A stretch of DNA of 64,000 nt. Origin: Ylistrum balloti. Taxonomy: Eukaryota. Below the pieces are notes generated by a model. The model searched no databases and was not told the origin of the DNA. It saw nothing but the letters and a program-made list of their open reading frames with translations. Where the stretch lies: assembly GCF_031769215.1 (NCBI RefSeq), contig NW_026782274.1, positions 186,001-250,000 on the forward strand. The letters run 5' to 3'. Both the position numbers and the translations under genes were made by a program. Below, in pieces: positions 1 through 39,900 of this stretch (the stretch's first letter is position 1; each line of letters begins with the position of its first letter).

Positions 1-576
1 CGGTTTGGCCCGCAAACATGTCCTATTCAAACCACTGAGTAGATCGATATAGTTTCAACACAATAACGTAAAGATCTAATTCTCATTTTTTGTAAATTTT
101 GATACAAAGCCCAGATATTGGCCTAGTGCAGATATCAAGTGGTGCTCTGGCTCTGATAACTGAACTAGACTTAAACGATTCGGTTTTTATCACGAAGTTC
201 GAAATGACAACTGATGTATTTCTGTTTCAATGTAATTAGTAAGACATAGGTTGATTATGATACATGGGCTATATATTTACTTGACTTTTCTTTTTTCTTT
301 CTTTTTTTGTTTTGTTTTATTTTTCAAAACAAATTAATAAGGAAAAAATTACATCACGATTAAACTTGAAAGAACAGCCAAGTAACATTAACTTAATTAC
401 GCGCTTTTTAAAGTTTAATGGCATCCTGCTATCTATCGGTACTAATCGACTTTAAACCGAGATCAAATGTGACATGCATTAATTAAAATCACGTAATCTT
501 GTTTACGTTCCTGACTTTTGCGATGTACCCGACAACACTTCATGCCTGCACTTTAAACATATGTTTTATCTTTCAG

Positions 577-690
577 AACCACTAATTGACACACGTACCT
601 ACCAGAACTACCTGGTTGGAGTCATTGTCGCCATGGTAACCGTTACAGTGGGTGTACTGGTGGGCGTGTCAATACTCATTATCCGGAAAC
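577..690 (+). CDS. Probable internal exon encoding a single transmembrane helix plus stop-transfer (EPLIDTRTYQNYLVGVIVAMVTVTVGVLVGVSILIIRK) of an unidentified type I membrane protein starting left of the window
   Basis: Acceptor ttatctttcag at 566-576, 114-nt phase 1-1 exon, ~25-residue hydrophobic run followed by RK, weak donor gttggc at 691. Rest of the gene not resolved. Confidence 0.45.
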
Positions 691-3600
691 GTTGGCTGAC
701 ACACAAGAATCATATACCTCAACAAAACGCCTTTGAGAACAAGATATTTGAGGTGATGTTGTTTAACACAGTCATTGATAAAAAAAATCATGTTAACAGA
801 ACTTTTTTTTGAATTACAATAATTCCTTTCTTCACATAGCGAAATATCCCCAATTTTAGAGACATGCCCGACCTTATGTTTCTCAAGCAATTTTACGAAT
901 ACGTAACACACAAGGTGTTGTAAGTCATGCCAGAACAACGTACATGTATGAGGAAACATTTCCTGCGCATAAATTGTTTCATATACTCCAAATTATCATT
1001 ACCTTTAATGTTTCAATTATTTCAATAGTATAAATTTATCAAAATTTGGAATAAAAATGTTTCTTTCACGGAAGTCATAAAACGAACTTTCTCTATTGAT
1101 ATCATTTTCCTTGTATCTAATTTTTGCGGTTACATTCCATCCTCGAAATTAACGCAATCAAAAATTACAAACTTTAAAGTAATTCTGTTGTTTTGAAGTT
1201 ATCCAATAGATTGTTTTTGTAAAATTAAGACATTGATACATACGTTCAATTCTAATCCAAATTTTAAAGGATCTCAATTCATTTGTCTTTATATTAGGCA
1301 ACTGTAGACTGTTGTTGGAATTTTTCAGACTTAAAAGCCATCTGATTTTCATTGGAGCTGGAAAACCACATGAAAATTGGTATCTTAACATTTTGTAAGT
1401 CATTATTTTTGAAGTTGAAAAGCGTGCTGAAACATTTGCTGAAGTAGCGAAAAAATAGGACTTGTTCCGTTAAGTCTATTTCTTTTATAGCTTTAACGGC
1501 GCTGACGGTTTTATGTTTTCTGAAATGAAAATTCGCAATATTCAGGGAATTCCCCGTGTTGAGATTTCTGGAAAAAAAGTGGTATTAAGGAATAAATTAC
1601 AAATGAACGGTCGTCATGTGAACAAAATTGGCTACAAAATCCCACTTGATCTCCTAATTACTTCTCGATGTGTATTTAGGAGAGGTTTTCGAGCGTTATA
1701 TGTCATTATAATTGGTTACCAAGAGTACTAGAATAACGCGTTAAATTTTAGCATCACGGATTTAAATGCTTCTGAAATTGATTTGAGACCAGCACTAGGA
1801 TCAATGTGTCATAACGATTTTTTCTCTCACTTTTAAGTTAATTTTGGTGAAACTTGGCCTGACATTGCACCGTCAATTCAGTAAAAGCCTATATCGATAT
1901 TATATAGCAACGGTACTTACCTGTCCCAACTCAGCAAATGTCAATGAAACGATATAAAAATCAAAGCCTAATTCATGCTGAAAATTACTGACCAGGAGAC
2001 CATTGAACATCGCCAATAGCATTATTGTCGGCTTGCATCCGCCGTCAGATTTCCACATATATGCTGAAATGGCAACAGATGCTTAGATTGTAGATCTGGC
2101 TTTAAACTAAAAATCTCAGAACCATAAAAAGAAGTTAGCATTGACAATGTGTAATGAGATGTTGCTCTCTTGGTGTTAAAACAATGCATGAAAAACTATG
2201 AAACAAAAAAAAAGAAAAAAGGATTCCCTACGGAATTATTAATCAAAACATTACCAACTACCCAACACCAGCCAGTAATTCCATCTGGTTTACCACAATG
2301 TTGTGTCAGTCGGGATATCGTGATCATTTCAGTTTCCTTACTCTGATTTTTAACATTTTTTGCATAGTAACGAGCCTGCTTTCCCAGACAGCGTTGTTAA
2401 CAAACCCGAGTCATTGATTTTACTTGTTTCGACGAACGTGGATCTTAAATCGACTCCTTGGTTTTTAAAACTATTAATCGACTTGGTTCTATTATATCTA
2501 ATTCAAAATTTGTATTAAATGGGCTATTAAGTTTTGTGTTTTTTGTACAATTTTCGATATTGGTGGAGGTAGATGAATATTTCGGCCACGAAGTTTGACG
2601 AAAGTTGCACGCCACATTTTCATTTATACACACACATGCACTTGACGTTTTCTTTCGAAATCTAATAAATTTTAGTTTTTGTGCACCGTCCGTCTGTTTT
2701 CATTTATTTCGACGTAACTGGGTCTCCTTTTTCGTGCTGTAGGTTTTAACAGTTTAGGCCCTTGGCATTACTTCCAAGTTCTAGAAGGACGAGAGAGTTA
2801 ATTCATTTTGCTTTACTGGACCTAATTCTACATCTGTCTTGATTTACTTGAGTTACTCTCTTGCGAGTCTTCCGTAGAATATATGTGAAATTCTTAGTGT
2901 TTGAATTTGTTCCAGATTTACATAGCGGATAACGCTTCCTATTCCGGAACATATGGTCTTGTCTTTAATGTACTTTTTAAAAGGCAACCGTGGTCACGTT
3001 CTATCGATTTTGATATCCTCCTAGTTCGTTCAATAATCACCATTCTAGTGTCTTTATTTTATTTTAGTACTATACATAAATAAATGAGGTCACTATTAGT
3101 TCCAATGCGTCCTCTATGTTTTGAACCCTGTATCCCTGGTTTACCAGTGTGACCCTCAACCGATCAAGCAAAAACGTGTTCTCTAGGCAAGCGGCATACT
3201 GCAGCTAGTATGTTGCGAGAGTTACAGATAACAAAGTGGTAAATGATGATATTTCATACAATATAATATGGTAGATATGTGTTCTTTTGTCTAGAAATCT
3301 TCAGACAGAAAAAAAATCAAAGTTGTTTTATTTCATCTTGTGTTCACATTAGTTTTATATTCTCTCTTCCATTTAAATAAATGTGGTTTTCTCAGTTCAG
3401 TTTTTCACAACGACCCAGAGTCCATCACATCATTTACAGTAATGTACCAGTAAGAGTGTTTTTTGACAATTTTCTTACAGATACGAGTAAGGGAGGACGG
3501 GATCTACTGAACAAAATCCCATCAATCCAGAAATATTCTACGTTTCGAATCTCTATTGCTGATAAGACTGTCATGAAATGCTGTAGCCCCAAGTGGCAGG

Positions 3601-4591
3601 ATACAGATAGAGAGCTCGTGGATGTTAAATCGTGGAATCAAGCATTTGCTGCTCGCTGAGGGATGTACTAACACGCAAAATTCCCTTTCTCTACCAAATA
3701 CAACCATCCCTAGTGTATATGTTTGCAATTTCCTATAATTATGTACAGTTGTAGAATGTAATAACTGTTGTCCGATACATGTCTCTATCTGGTACAACTT
3801 CTGCATATCATCAACAATATCTAATTGTTGATATTCCATGTTTGAGGGTAACTAAACACACTGTTAGCACATTGCTGAATCAGTGTATTCTATTAACACT
3901 TCAAAATGACAACGGTTTCGTTCTTCATGTTTATAACAGGGCACATAAATGATTTTGGCGTAAAGCTTTTACATCAAAACCATCACTAGTTTCTTTTCTT
4001 GAAATTCGGAAACAGATTGGAGTTACAAGGAAACCTGTACTATACATCAATATACTTTGTACCGATACTTAGGAATGGAAAAGTTTAATACTCTAACGGT
4101 ATTTGTTGAATTACATTGGAAAATATTACTTTAATTTTTTTTTATTTAGTCATTCCAAGGGCAGATTTGTACCTGTAGTGCACTGAAGCTGTAAATTTCA
4201 TATTGCATACAGCAGTTTTGTTAATCTGTGTAGCACATAAGTCTGGCTTTGTTAGTATGGATTTGGGAATTATTCTGTTGGCTGCTTAAAGTAGTTAAAT
4301 GTGATATCTTACTGTTTGTGAAAGCTTTAGCTATTTGTAAGATTTTATAAGTTTGTAAGGACTCTGTTCGTACAATATGGCAAAGAAATCAAAATGGCTT
4401 CATTGTCTTTGCTCATTTTCACTCCTTTTCTGCAATATTTTCTGAACGGTTAATAATAAATTTGTATCCATTATGTTCCCGAATCCCTTTTCACAGTTGA
4501 AAACAACCAAGGATTTTTCATTGTATTATTAAGATTTATTGAAATACGTATGCAGTCTATACCAGATATCTACTGATCATTACCACAGATC

Positions 4592-4740
4592 TGCTTTACA
4601 GTGAAGATATGTATTTAACAGCTGTCATTGTGTTACCAATGTCTGTTTTGTGTAGTACTTTTGCTTTACAGTGAAGATATGTACTTAACAGCTGTCATTG
4701 TGCTACCAATGTCTGTTTTGTTTAATACTTTTGCTTTACA
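4592..4740. repeat. 70-bp tandem repeat, 2 copies plus partial
   Basis: gctttacagtg... at 4593 and 4663; gctttaca again at 4733. Confidence 0.85.
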
Positions 4741-5303
4741 CAGCCATTTCATCTGACTGTGTTACAAATTTATTTTACTCATGTTGTGGTTTAATAGCTC
4801 TATTGCGATGATGGTGGTGCTAAAAGTGTACTTTGCCCATTTTTTTTCCTTTTTAGTTTTCGTTTATTTACCAGATAGCCCACTGCTGATGTTAATTACC
4901 ACAGGTAGTTCTTTTATGAACTAATTTGTTCATTTTAATGTCATAAAGTCAGCTTCTAAATTGCTGATGACATCAGTGTGAATAAAAACTTGCTCGATGT
5001 TGTATAAAAACTAATATTTGGCCAATATTTTGGACTGTAAATTATTGAATCGCACCAGTTTGATAAATATATAAATGTGAAGCAACACATTCTTCAAATC
5101 CAAAAAGCCTTCTTATTTGTAAAGATTTATCTTTCTGTGGGAGTGTTGTCAAACGTTTAAAATATCAAATTTTTTCAACTTAATTGTGAATATTGTATGT
5201 TCTGTAAATCATTCAAAGTCATGTTTTTAATTCTTTTTTTTTCTTCCTTTTTAAATGTGTATTGCAGAAGATTGTTTTTACTGAATTTATCATGGAGAGC
5301 TTG

Positions 5304-5559
5304 TAAGGAAGACAAGGCAATATTACTAAAACCTTTGTCAGCCTTACAAAAGATTAATATTTCTAGTTAAGGAAGACAAGGCAATATTACTAAAACCTTT
5401 GTCAGCCTTACAAAAGATTAATATTTCTAGTTAAGGAAGACAAGGCAATATTACTAAAACCTTTGTCAGCCTTACAAAAGATTAATATTTCTAGTTAAGG
5501 AAGACAAGGCAATATTACTAAAACCTTTGTCAGCCTTACAAAAGATTAATATTTCTAGT
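5304..5559. repeat. 64-bp tandem repeat, 4 apparently identical copies
   Basis: taaggaagacaaggcaatattactaaaacctttgtcagccttacaaaagattaatatttctagt starting at 5304, 5368, 5432, 5496. Confidence 0.95.
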
Positions 5560-6250
5560 CTCTGAGTCCTAATGCAATAAAGCAAATATGATAAATTACC
5601 AAATATCAGTATATGTTGCCTTTTCCAAAGTCTTGTATATATTTTCAGAGAAATAATTCATTTAAAGAATAAAAAAGACCAATTTCACAAAATTAATTAA
5701 TTTTAATATAAAGATTACATCATTGCGTGATTATGTACAAATACTTGAACCGAAATAGACAGGAAGACAATAAAAATCAAATCATGGCAGGAATCCTTTA
5801 ATAAATGGGAGCTAACGATAATTAACTTTAAATCTGCTTAAACATGTTTAAACATGGCAACATAATTTACAACCTAATGTAGCATGGTAATAACAAACAT
5901 ATCAATAATCAACTATTACATAACAGAGACCCATCCATACCTTACACAAACTATTTCCCTTACAGAGGAGGGACTAACTTTTATCACAATTACACATCCC
6001 TGATTTGTGTTAAGACTCGGATCAAATGAAATTGAATTAATTAGAAAGACGTGTCACTTTCAATAACCAGTACACAGAAATTAACCTCAAAAACGTGTTT
6101 TTCAAACCAACGGAAAATCAGTCAGCATTTGACATCAAAATATTCTATGTATATCTATATACACATGAATGTTCCTTCACTAGATACAGCAGGTGACATG
6201 AATCCATGTAGTTTTTTTTAAGGCTAGTGACTATTTTAGTGTAAGACGAA

Positions 6251-31653
<25,403 letters not shown>

Positions 31654-32134
31654 CACTGCCTGATTTAAGCTGAGCAGGACGTTCTACCTCTTACACAGGT
31701 GGTGTGCTCTGATCGACGGGAGCTTGAACTTTGACACACGTGATGAAAATCTGTTAAAGGGGAATAACTCCTTTGAGTATTGAAAAAATGCAGGAACGAG
31801 TATGTCATCACGACGATATATTGACAGGGGCTCAGGAGTTATCGGTTGATCATAAATTATATGAGCATTTACATTAAATGATACACCAATGGAATTTCAA
31901 ATACTGAACAATGTATTTCTTTTTCATTTGTACCCAATGCTCAGTTGACAAGGTAATTTTTAGTTTCGGATTTTGAGTAAATGTTTCTTGTTTACAGTAA
32001 TAGAATAACTTATGTCACCAGAAAAAAATAAGCAAAAGTTAAAGGTTTCGAACAGAAATATAACAATAACCTAACTACTATTTGTGATTTAATTTTTAAA
32101 TAGTTACGAAACAGTGTCTTCTTTAAAGTCAAAC
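31654..32134. promoter_or_regulatory. Probable bidirectional promoter/5' UTR region shared by MTHFD1 and GSTZ1
   Basis: Divergent start codons only 481 bp apart (31653 minus, 32135 plus). Confidence 0.6.
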
Positions 32135-35100
32135 ATGGCGAAGGTAAGCCGGCAAAATCTCTAGGCTTGCGATAATCTATACTGACCATACGTTTTCTGT
32201 CAGATCACCCCACACCTGTCAATGCCAACAATATGGAAATATATGTACATATCTACTTACTCTATAGAATAGGCTGAATCTATTCAATATCGCGTAAAAT
32301 GTCGAGAACAGCCCGACACTGGTCATCTGATGATCAAAATCGATAGTTTTGAAGAGTCTAGCACGTCAAGTGTCTAAGACTAATCTGTACACCAACATGA
32401 TGTGAGTTGGATTGTGTATATTATATATAAAGATAACTTGTTATATTATATATATAACACATAACTCGTTATTATATATATATATAACTGATAACTCGTT
32501 GTAGGGACCTCCAAGCGATGCCATTTTCAGGTTATGATCAATATGGTCATAAATACCCCCTCTTATTTATCCTGCAACTGGCAGTGCCATTGTCACAATA
32601 CGCTTGCCATATATATTTTTATTTTTGCTATATTCATAATATATAGACATAAAACATCTTTTTTTTTTGCACGTGCATGAATTCGGTGGAATTTATTTCT
32701 GAATTCACTTAAAAACTATGATAAATAATTGTTGAAATAAGTTATTTTATACGTTGTAACAAACAAATTTATTTATGAAAATTCATAAAATCGCTGTCGC
32801 ATACGTTAAGTTTGTAACTATATTACTGCACGGAACAATTATTTTGGCGTAAATCATCAGGCAAAATTCATTGTATTTACTTTAATGATAAACAGAAATG
32901 ATGTTCATTTCCTAAACTTTAACTGATTACTTTTATATCAATTGTAACAACCTTTACATGCTTTTTATTGGTTCACAGCCAGTGCTATATACCTATTTTC
33001 GGAGTTCATGTTCATGGAGGGTGAGAATTGGTATGTTGAAATTTACTGTGTCAGTTCAATGTACATGTCCTAATTTGATAAAATTGTTAAACTGGTACAC
33101 CAGGAAAGATATGTTATCAAGGTTAATTTCCAGTTACGATTTTCCATTTTATTATTCTATATAAATATAAAATAGCATAAGAATATTGCAACTATCATAA
33201 GCTATCACAACTTAAAGGTATTAAATAACAATATCTAAACCAAATAAAGACTTACAAGTCTATGGAAAAATGCATTTTATATCACTTAAGAACTTAAAAG
33301 ATTTCACAAATATTTTTCATCAATTAAAAAAAAATACATGTTTGGTGTATATGTTTACATGTATGCTTACTTTTGATACCTAATTATATGATGTACATTT
33401 TAGCATTAGCCTGGAAAGGTATTGAATACGAGTCCAAATATGTTAATTTGGTGAAGGATGGAGGACAGCAGGTGAGACATTTATGTAGTTTCTTAAAAGC
33501 CTCTGATCTGGGTGTAGATTATTTGGTTGGTGGGAGAGGGGGAGTAATACAATTGATGGAGGGTGGTTTTGTTTTGAAGAATGTTTATAAATAATTGACA
33601 GTAAGATCAATAAGTTAGTGAGAAGAGTAATATAATTTTTCGACAACTCTTGTCTTGAAGTACTTGTGGAAATGTTTTATAAGTAAAGAAACTACAGAGC
33701 AAACCTTACAGAAGTACAAATTACCAGTATAAGTAGTTTTATGTCTATAAATCTTCTGTTACAGAGACAAGAGGAATATGCTGCTATTAACCCAATGAAA
33801 CAAGTTCCTGCACTTGTAATGAATGGCAGTACAATGACACAATCTGTAAGTTTTCTGCGTGGCATAGTGCAATTTCCTCAAACTGATCCTTTTGCATGGT
33901 CGCTTTGAAGAAGTTCCACTGTATATCATTTCATGGTGAAAAAACTAGACTGTGGTTTGGTAGAAATTATATATTGATTGTTAAAAGTGTATAATTCAAT
34001 TACCTGTATACTATATTCATTTAGGAATTAAATGTTCTTTGTTGAAAATGTATACCCATTACTTGGAGACCTATTTATAAAACATACAATATGGTGCAAC
34101 AGTTTATAGATTTAAAGCTGTTTTTCCTTTTCTGCTCAACTTATTTCAAAATAGCTATATGTTGTGCTTCAGTCATAAACATAATTCTCTTCAGACAAAT
34201 TCTTTACCAACAATGGAGTTACTTTCGGATGTTTCTTTTTATCAATAAAGGTAGCCATGCTGGAATACTTAGAAGAAGTCCATCCAGAAAAGCCGCTACT
34301 ACCCAAAGATCCTCTAGACAAAGTCAAAGTATGTTTGCATTCTGAAATATCAATGTATTATGTGATTGGTATTTTGTTTCAAAATTGTTTTCTGTAGAGT
34401 GCTGTCCTTTTGTGAAATATATACATAAGTTCTGGGTAAAACTGGTGAATATACAATCCGATAGGTTTAATTATTTGTTTGGAATTTAAAAAAAATCTGA
34501 AATCAGACCATTTGATAGCTGTTATTGGCAGAAAATCGGAAAATTACACAGTTGATTGTGGCATACAAATTTTCACCCCCTGAAAAAAGAAATGGTTGAT
34601 TTAAAAAAATCTCTATATTTAAATTATTTCATTCAAAGTGTCATATTTTAAAAATATTTAAGTAGCTTTATGTAAAAAAAATTGAGATTTATTAGAGATT
34701 TTTTGTTCTCGAGATATTAATTATTTCTTACATTCCTGGTACGATTATCGGGGCCAGGGCAGGGGCTGGGAACAGTGTACACAAATTCACTCGTACTTTA
34801 TGGTTTCCTAAATTATCTTCATCATAACATGTAATCAGCACTGTCAGTAGTTTTCTGCTTGCAATCAATAAATCATTAAGGATATTATTTCAAGTATGGT
34901 GATCCATGTAGAGGTTTGTCCCTTGGTTCAGGGATTTCCATTTAGAAACTTTGTCTAAAGACGTGTTGGAATATCATAGCATATATACTGGTAAGTGTTA
35001 TGTCTGTAAACTTCAACGTTTGACGGCACTCTCAAAGATTATTTGAAATCTTATGATATTTTCATGTTTCATCTTAAAGTGTATTGGATCATTTCCTGAT

Positions 35101-36456
35101 GACTTTGGTTTTGAAGTAAAATTGTTCTTTTTCCACAATCATAATTGATTTTTGTAACATGAAGTGTAAACATTAGATACACAATTGTGTTGAAGTTGTA
35201 GTAATATCAGTTTTAAGATAGATGATGCTTGTAAACTTTATACAATGAAAAGACATTCTCATATACTTTCAAGGGAAGTAATTCCAGCCGCAAATAACTA
35301 TATAACTGTATTAAAATGTACACAAAAACATAAAAAGTTCAATCTTTTCTTTTCAAGGTGCGAGAGATTGTGTCAGTGATCTCTGGAGGAATCCAGCCTC
35401 TTCAGAATCTGAGTGTGTTACAAAAAATTGGGGATGATGGTAAAATGGAATGGGGCAAGTTCTGGATAGACAAGGGATTTGTAGGTTAGTGGAATTTTTG
35501 TTTATGGTTAATTGAAGCCCAAAGAAATGCATTTTGATTTTCCTTGATCGCAGTTTTACTATATAAAGGTTACGGTTATCAAGTGATATCTTTGGACTAA
35601 TTGGGTATGTAGAGTAGCAAATAAAAATTTTTAATTAATAGTTAGGGAGACATCTTCAAAAATAAAAATGATTAATAGATGTATTAAGATTATAATCTAC
35701 TCTTTGTTTTTTTATCTTGTTTTGATCTTATTTTCAGCTCTGGAACAGATCTTGAAACGCACTGCTGGAAAGTACTGTGTAGGAGATAGTGTAACTATGG
35801 CCGACGCCTGCCTTGTTCCTCAGGTGTACAATGCCAACAGGTAAAAGGGAAACTTGTAATGGGGTACAATTTTATGGAAAACATTAACGCTACTATATAG
35901 TACAGTTTTGGACTAAATCACATGAATATGACATATTGTAAAGTTGTATATTTTAGTCCGTTTATCAAGAATTTTGATTTCGTGGTCATTTGATTGTATG
36001 GATAAGTATCGCTCAGTACTTACATTTGAACAGTTCGTTAACATATGAATTCATGGTTAAAGATCACCCCTGAAATCAATGAAAATAAATCCTCCATAAA
36101 ATGAATGGCTTCACAGTAATTTATAATAATCAACCGCTCCAGCATGCATCTTCTTGAGTTGGATGGGGATTAAACTTGAGTTTGGAAACTGATATGTTAC
36201 CAAATTTTTAAGCAAAATATTTTATAGAAAAAGTTATATAAGAGACTATTTTTATTTAACATGTGAAGACTTTTTTTGACCAGAAACAGAAAAAGTATTT
36301 TGTCTGAAGACAATTTTTATGTTTTACAGATTCAAAGTGGATATGGATCAGTTTCCTACCATCTCTCGTATAAATAATGCTCTTCTCCAATTAGATGCCT
36401 TCCAAGAATCTCATCCATCTAAAATGGATGACTGCCCAGAGAACCTGCGCAGCTGA
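32135..36456 (+). CDS. GSTZ1: Maleylacetoacetate isomerase / glutathione S-transferase zeta 1, 214 aa, 8 coding exons
   Basis: Exons 32135-32143, 32979-33030, 33404-33471, 33765-33845, 34251-34328, 35358-35484, 35738-35840, 36330-36456; GT-AG, 645 nt. Zeta-class signature [14 protein letters not shown], plus [38 protein letters not shown]. Confidence 0.95.
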
Positions 36457-37954
36457 TGTTATAGAAAAATCAAGAATGCGAGAGATTCACATAAGAAACA
36501 ATGAATTAGGGATTTATTTGGTTTTAGAAAATTGAATGATACAACTTTGTCAAATTAGTATTATGGATCTTGGAAAAAGTTTGTAGGAAAATTTACCAGA
36601 TATATTTTACTAATATGAAGGCTGTTTCTATAAGAATTTGGAAAGTAAGTATAAGTATTTTAACTTTAAAAGAAATAGTTGCTAGTTTCTGTCACTGAGC
36701 TGATAATTTGTTTCACATTTGTGTTCTGTGATCATTGCATCCATCAAACCATGGATGACTTGCCAAAGTCATGTTTTTTTCTCTCATTCATAATTATACA
36801 GACTTTAGTTTATTGGAAAGTATGGAAAATACAAAGGCATTTTCAAGATACACTAAACATATCACTTATATCTTAGAAGTAAGATATTAATAAAAAAAAA
36901 AATATGCAGAGAAAGAATGAACTTTTAACGAAGATATTGATGTATTTTACTTTGATATGTTACTTCTTAAATTAGGCAAGGTATTAATGGAGAATTCAGA
37001 AAATTATTTTGTTAGCTAACCTTCCAGATGGGCAAGTGAGTTGAAGCTGTGTTGTATCCTCCATCATGTGTCCAGCATCATCTTTTCCAGTTGAGCAAGA
37101 TCGTCTCAATAAGCATGAGTCAGGATATTTGGCTAGAAGGTTCCTTGGATGAATCTAACTAAGTTTATGAAAAGAAATGTTTTTCACTTATCATGCTCTT
37201 CAAGGTTTTAGAGTTCACCTTTATGAAAACTTTTTACAATCTTCAGATCGACCAAACTACCTCAAATTATGGTATTTGGCTCTTAGGTCGCTGGGATGAA
37301 GCCTCACAAAGTTTGTGAAAATAAGTAATCATGAGGCAACATTTAAAGCGACTGGATTCACATTTTATGAAACTTTCAGTCTTCTATTGATGGAACAAAA
37401 GAACTTGTGTAATTGTATGGAACTAGTATGTTCCTGAGAAGTAGCCCAACCAAATTGTGGAAAGAAAATACCTTGGCAAATATTCAAGGTAAAAAATGTC
37501 CACAAATCTTCAAATATCTCCTTGTGATTAACCAGAGGATATAGAAACCTGATATTTAGCTGGGCTGATAGGTTCGGTGGATGAAACCAAATAGAGCTTG
37601 TGAAAATAAATGACCTTGCTTTATATTCAAGATTACTGGGGTCACAATTGTTAAAGCTGTGAAAATTATGATTAACCAGGCCTTTGAGTGTCACTGTTGA
37701 TGAGGCAATGGCAGCCCATTGGGGCTTTTGTTACAATTTATGAAAAAATTGTCTGTAGTGACAAATTTGTTTGACAACTGTTTAATTGTTTGGATCAAAG
37801 TGTAGTTTGTGTTCAAAATTATCACTTTATTATACATGAGATTATTATCCTTATACGTATATATGAGAAAGTTAATATCTGATTTACACCAGTAGTAACT
37901 TTTAGCATTGAATGCACACACTATAAAGCTAACTACAGACTTCTCCGTCAAATT

Positions 37955-38082
37955 GTTTTAAACATGATCCTATATCAAGGTGGAACCTAGTTTTAAACAT
38001 GATCCTATATCAAGGTGGAACCTAGTTTTAAAATGATCCTATATTAAGGTGGAACCTAGTTTTAAAATGATCCTATATTAAG
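37955..38082. repeat. 35-bp tandem repeat, ~3.5 copies
   Basis: gttttaaacatgatcctatatcaaggtggaaccta at 37955, 37990, variant at 38025. Confidence 0.9.
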
Positions 38083-38879
38083 GCAGAGACTTATATTTAG
38101 GATGATTCAGTCATTTCAAAATACAGTTAACATGTATGGTTATACTTGTATATATCTTTAGTTTACTTTGTACAAATAAGAAGGCAGCTTTACATGATTA
38201 CAAACTCATTTATTCCTGATATGTTTTGACTTCAGATTCATTTTGGTGTCAGCATATATGTACATTCCTGTCATGTGGGTGATGTTGATAACTTTATAGA
38301 TCTGACACATCAATATTTCACCATCTAGGTGTTCAATCAAGAATATAAATGTACTTGTTTGTCTCAATCTGGTAAGTGTACCAGTAAAATCTTTGAGCAA
38401 TACACCAATGTTTAAAATGCAAACTATTACAGAACCTGTGTTTTAAGTAAAAATTTACATGTATATTGATCTTATCAGCTGAAATTGGTATGAACTTTGA
38501 CACATGAAATGGCATTCATATTGTTATGAATAGCATTTCTTTGTTCAGAGTACATAGGTCTGATTATTTCTACAGTAAAGGAAACGTTTCTTGAGATATT
38601 GTCATTCAAAGGTATGAACATATTTTAATTTCAATGAGATATTTTGAAAATAATGAAGAAAGTTTGAAGTTTTATTAAATGAAACACTTTACAAATTTGA
38701 CCTATTGTCTGTTTTTAATTGTTTAAATTTGCTGTAAAGCCAAAATCTTCATTCAGCATATTTCATGCTGAAAATATTTATCTGAAATATAATTGCAGTT
38801 TGCCTATGCAAATGTTACAAATGTGTGAATTCATAATTGCTCTTATTTATGGAAAGCTGAAATTGTGCGAAAATCTGAT

Positions 38880-39500
38880 TGCACCAAATTACATGGCCTG
38901 AGGGGCGGTGATTAAATTGACTCAGATTTCAAAATCTTCTCAACCCGAGGGGAGGGGATTAATTTTAATATCGATTATATAGGAAAACCAGATTTTTATT
39001 ATTGTTGGAAATATTTCAAACTTGGTTAGAATTATGAGTGAAGGATAACAGCTTGATGGTATGCTCATATTGATCCTTGCTGACCTCTAGGAGCTGAAAT
39101 GCTAAATGCTAAAAAGGGGTTAAAATTTCAAAAATCTTCTCAACACCCAGTAATGGAAGAATCAAATACTCTGTATAAATGGAAGCGTCTTAAGGTGCTT
39201 CAATTACCAAAATGGGCCTCACATTTCTTCTTCGGGAGGATGTTTTTTCAAACTTAACTGTAATTTTCATAGAAAAAATGCATTTTTGAGCATAACATTG
39301 GTTATTTCCAACTACAATTTTGTAACTTTGCAAGAATTATCAGTATAGGATGACAGTTTTGATGGTATGAATGTATCGACATTGGCTTACAATATTCAGA
39401 GTTACAATTTCTGTTGCATGACACTGGATAACTACTGTTTAAACTTTATATTAAACATTGCTTATCGCAGGTGACCGTCAAGGCAGCTAGGCCTCTTGTT
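38880..39500 (+). mobile_element. Degenerate Helentron/HINE-like element remnant
   Basis: 3' end caggtgaccgtcaaggcagctaggcctcttgtt (39468-39500) resembles the reverse complement of the terminus at 26921; repeated atttcaaaa(a)tcttctcaac internally; left boundary approximate. Confidence 0.3.
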
Positions 39501-39716
39501 ATAAACAGAAATAATCATGGACAAAGTTGACTTTCTGATTTGTTCCTTTCGTACCTAGTCATGCGTTCAGCTTTTCCATTTGATAATCATTCTCTGAGCC
39601 TTATTTTCTTGTTCTTTAGTTCCTTCTTGAATTGCCTCCCATTGCAAGAACTCTGAGCTTGCTCCATACCAGACGTATACGTACAATGTATACAAGCACA
39701 AGTCTTTCTCTTTGAG

Positions 39717-39900
39717 TTGGGTGGCGCAGTAGTAACGCACTCGCCTCTCACTTAGCCATCTGGGGTTCGACACCCAGAATGGATGTGAAAAGGCATGGGG
39801 TCACCTGCCCAACTCCGGCACTTCCATCTGAGCCAACAAGAGTGATTAATATAAGTTGGAAAAACTTGCTTCGCAATTGTTGGAAAAAAAAGTTTATTAT
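39717..39900 (+). mobile_element. tRNA-derived SINE (SINE2), probably internally deleted
   Basis: Pol III A box TGGCGCAGTAG (39722-39732), B box GGTTCGACACC (39764-39774), then a non-tRNA body and A-rich end; no complete cloverleaf. Confidence 0.65.

Noticed and set aside
39717-39790. tRNA gene
   Set aside because: A and B boxes are present but I cannot fold an acceptor stem or cloverleaf, and it continues into a SINE-like body.
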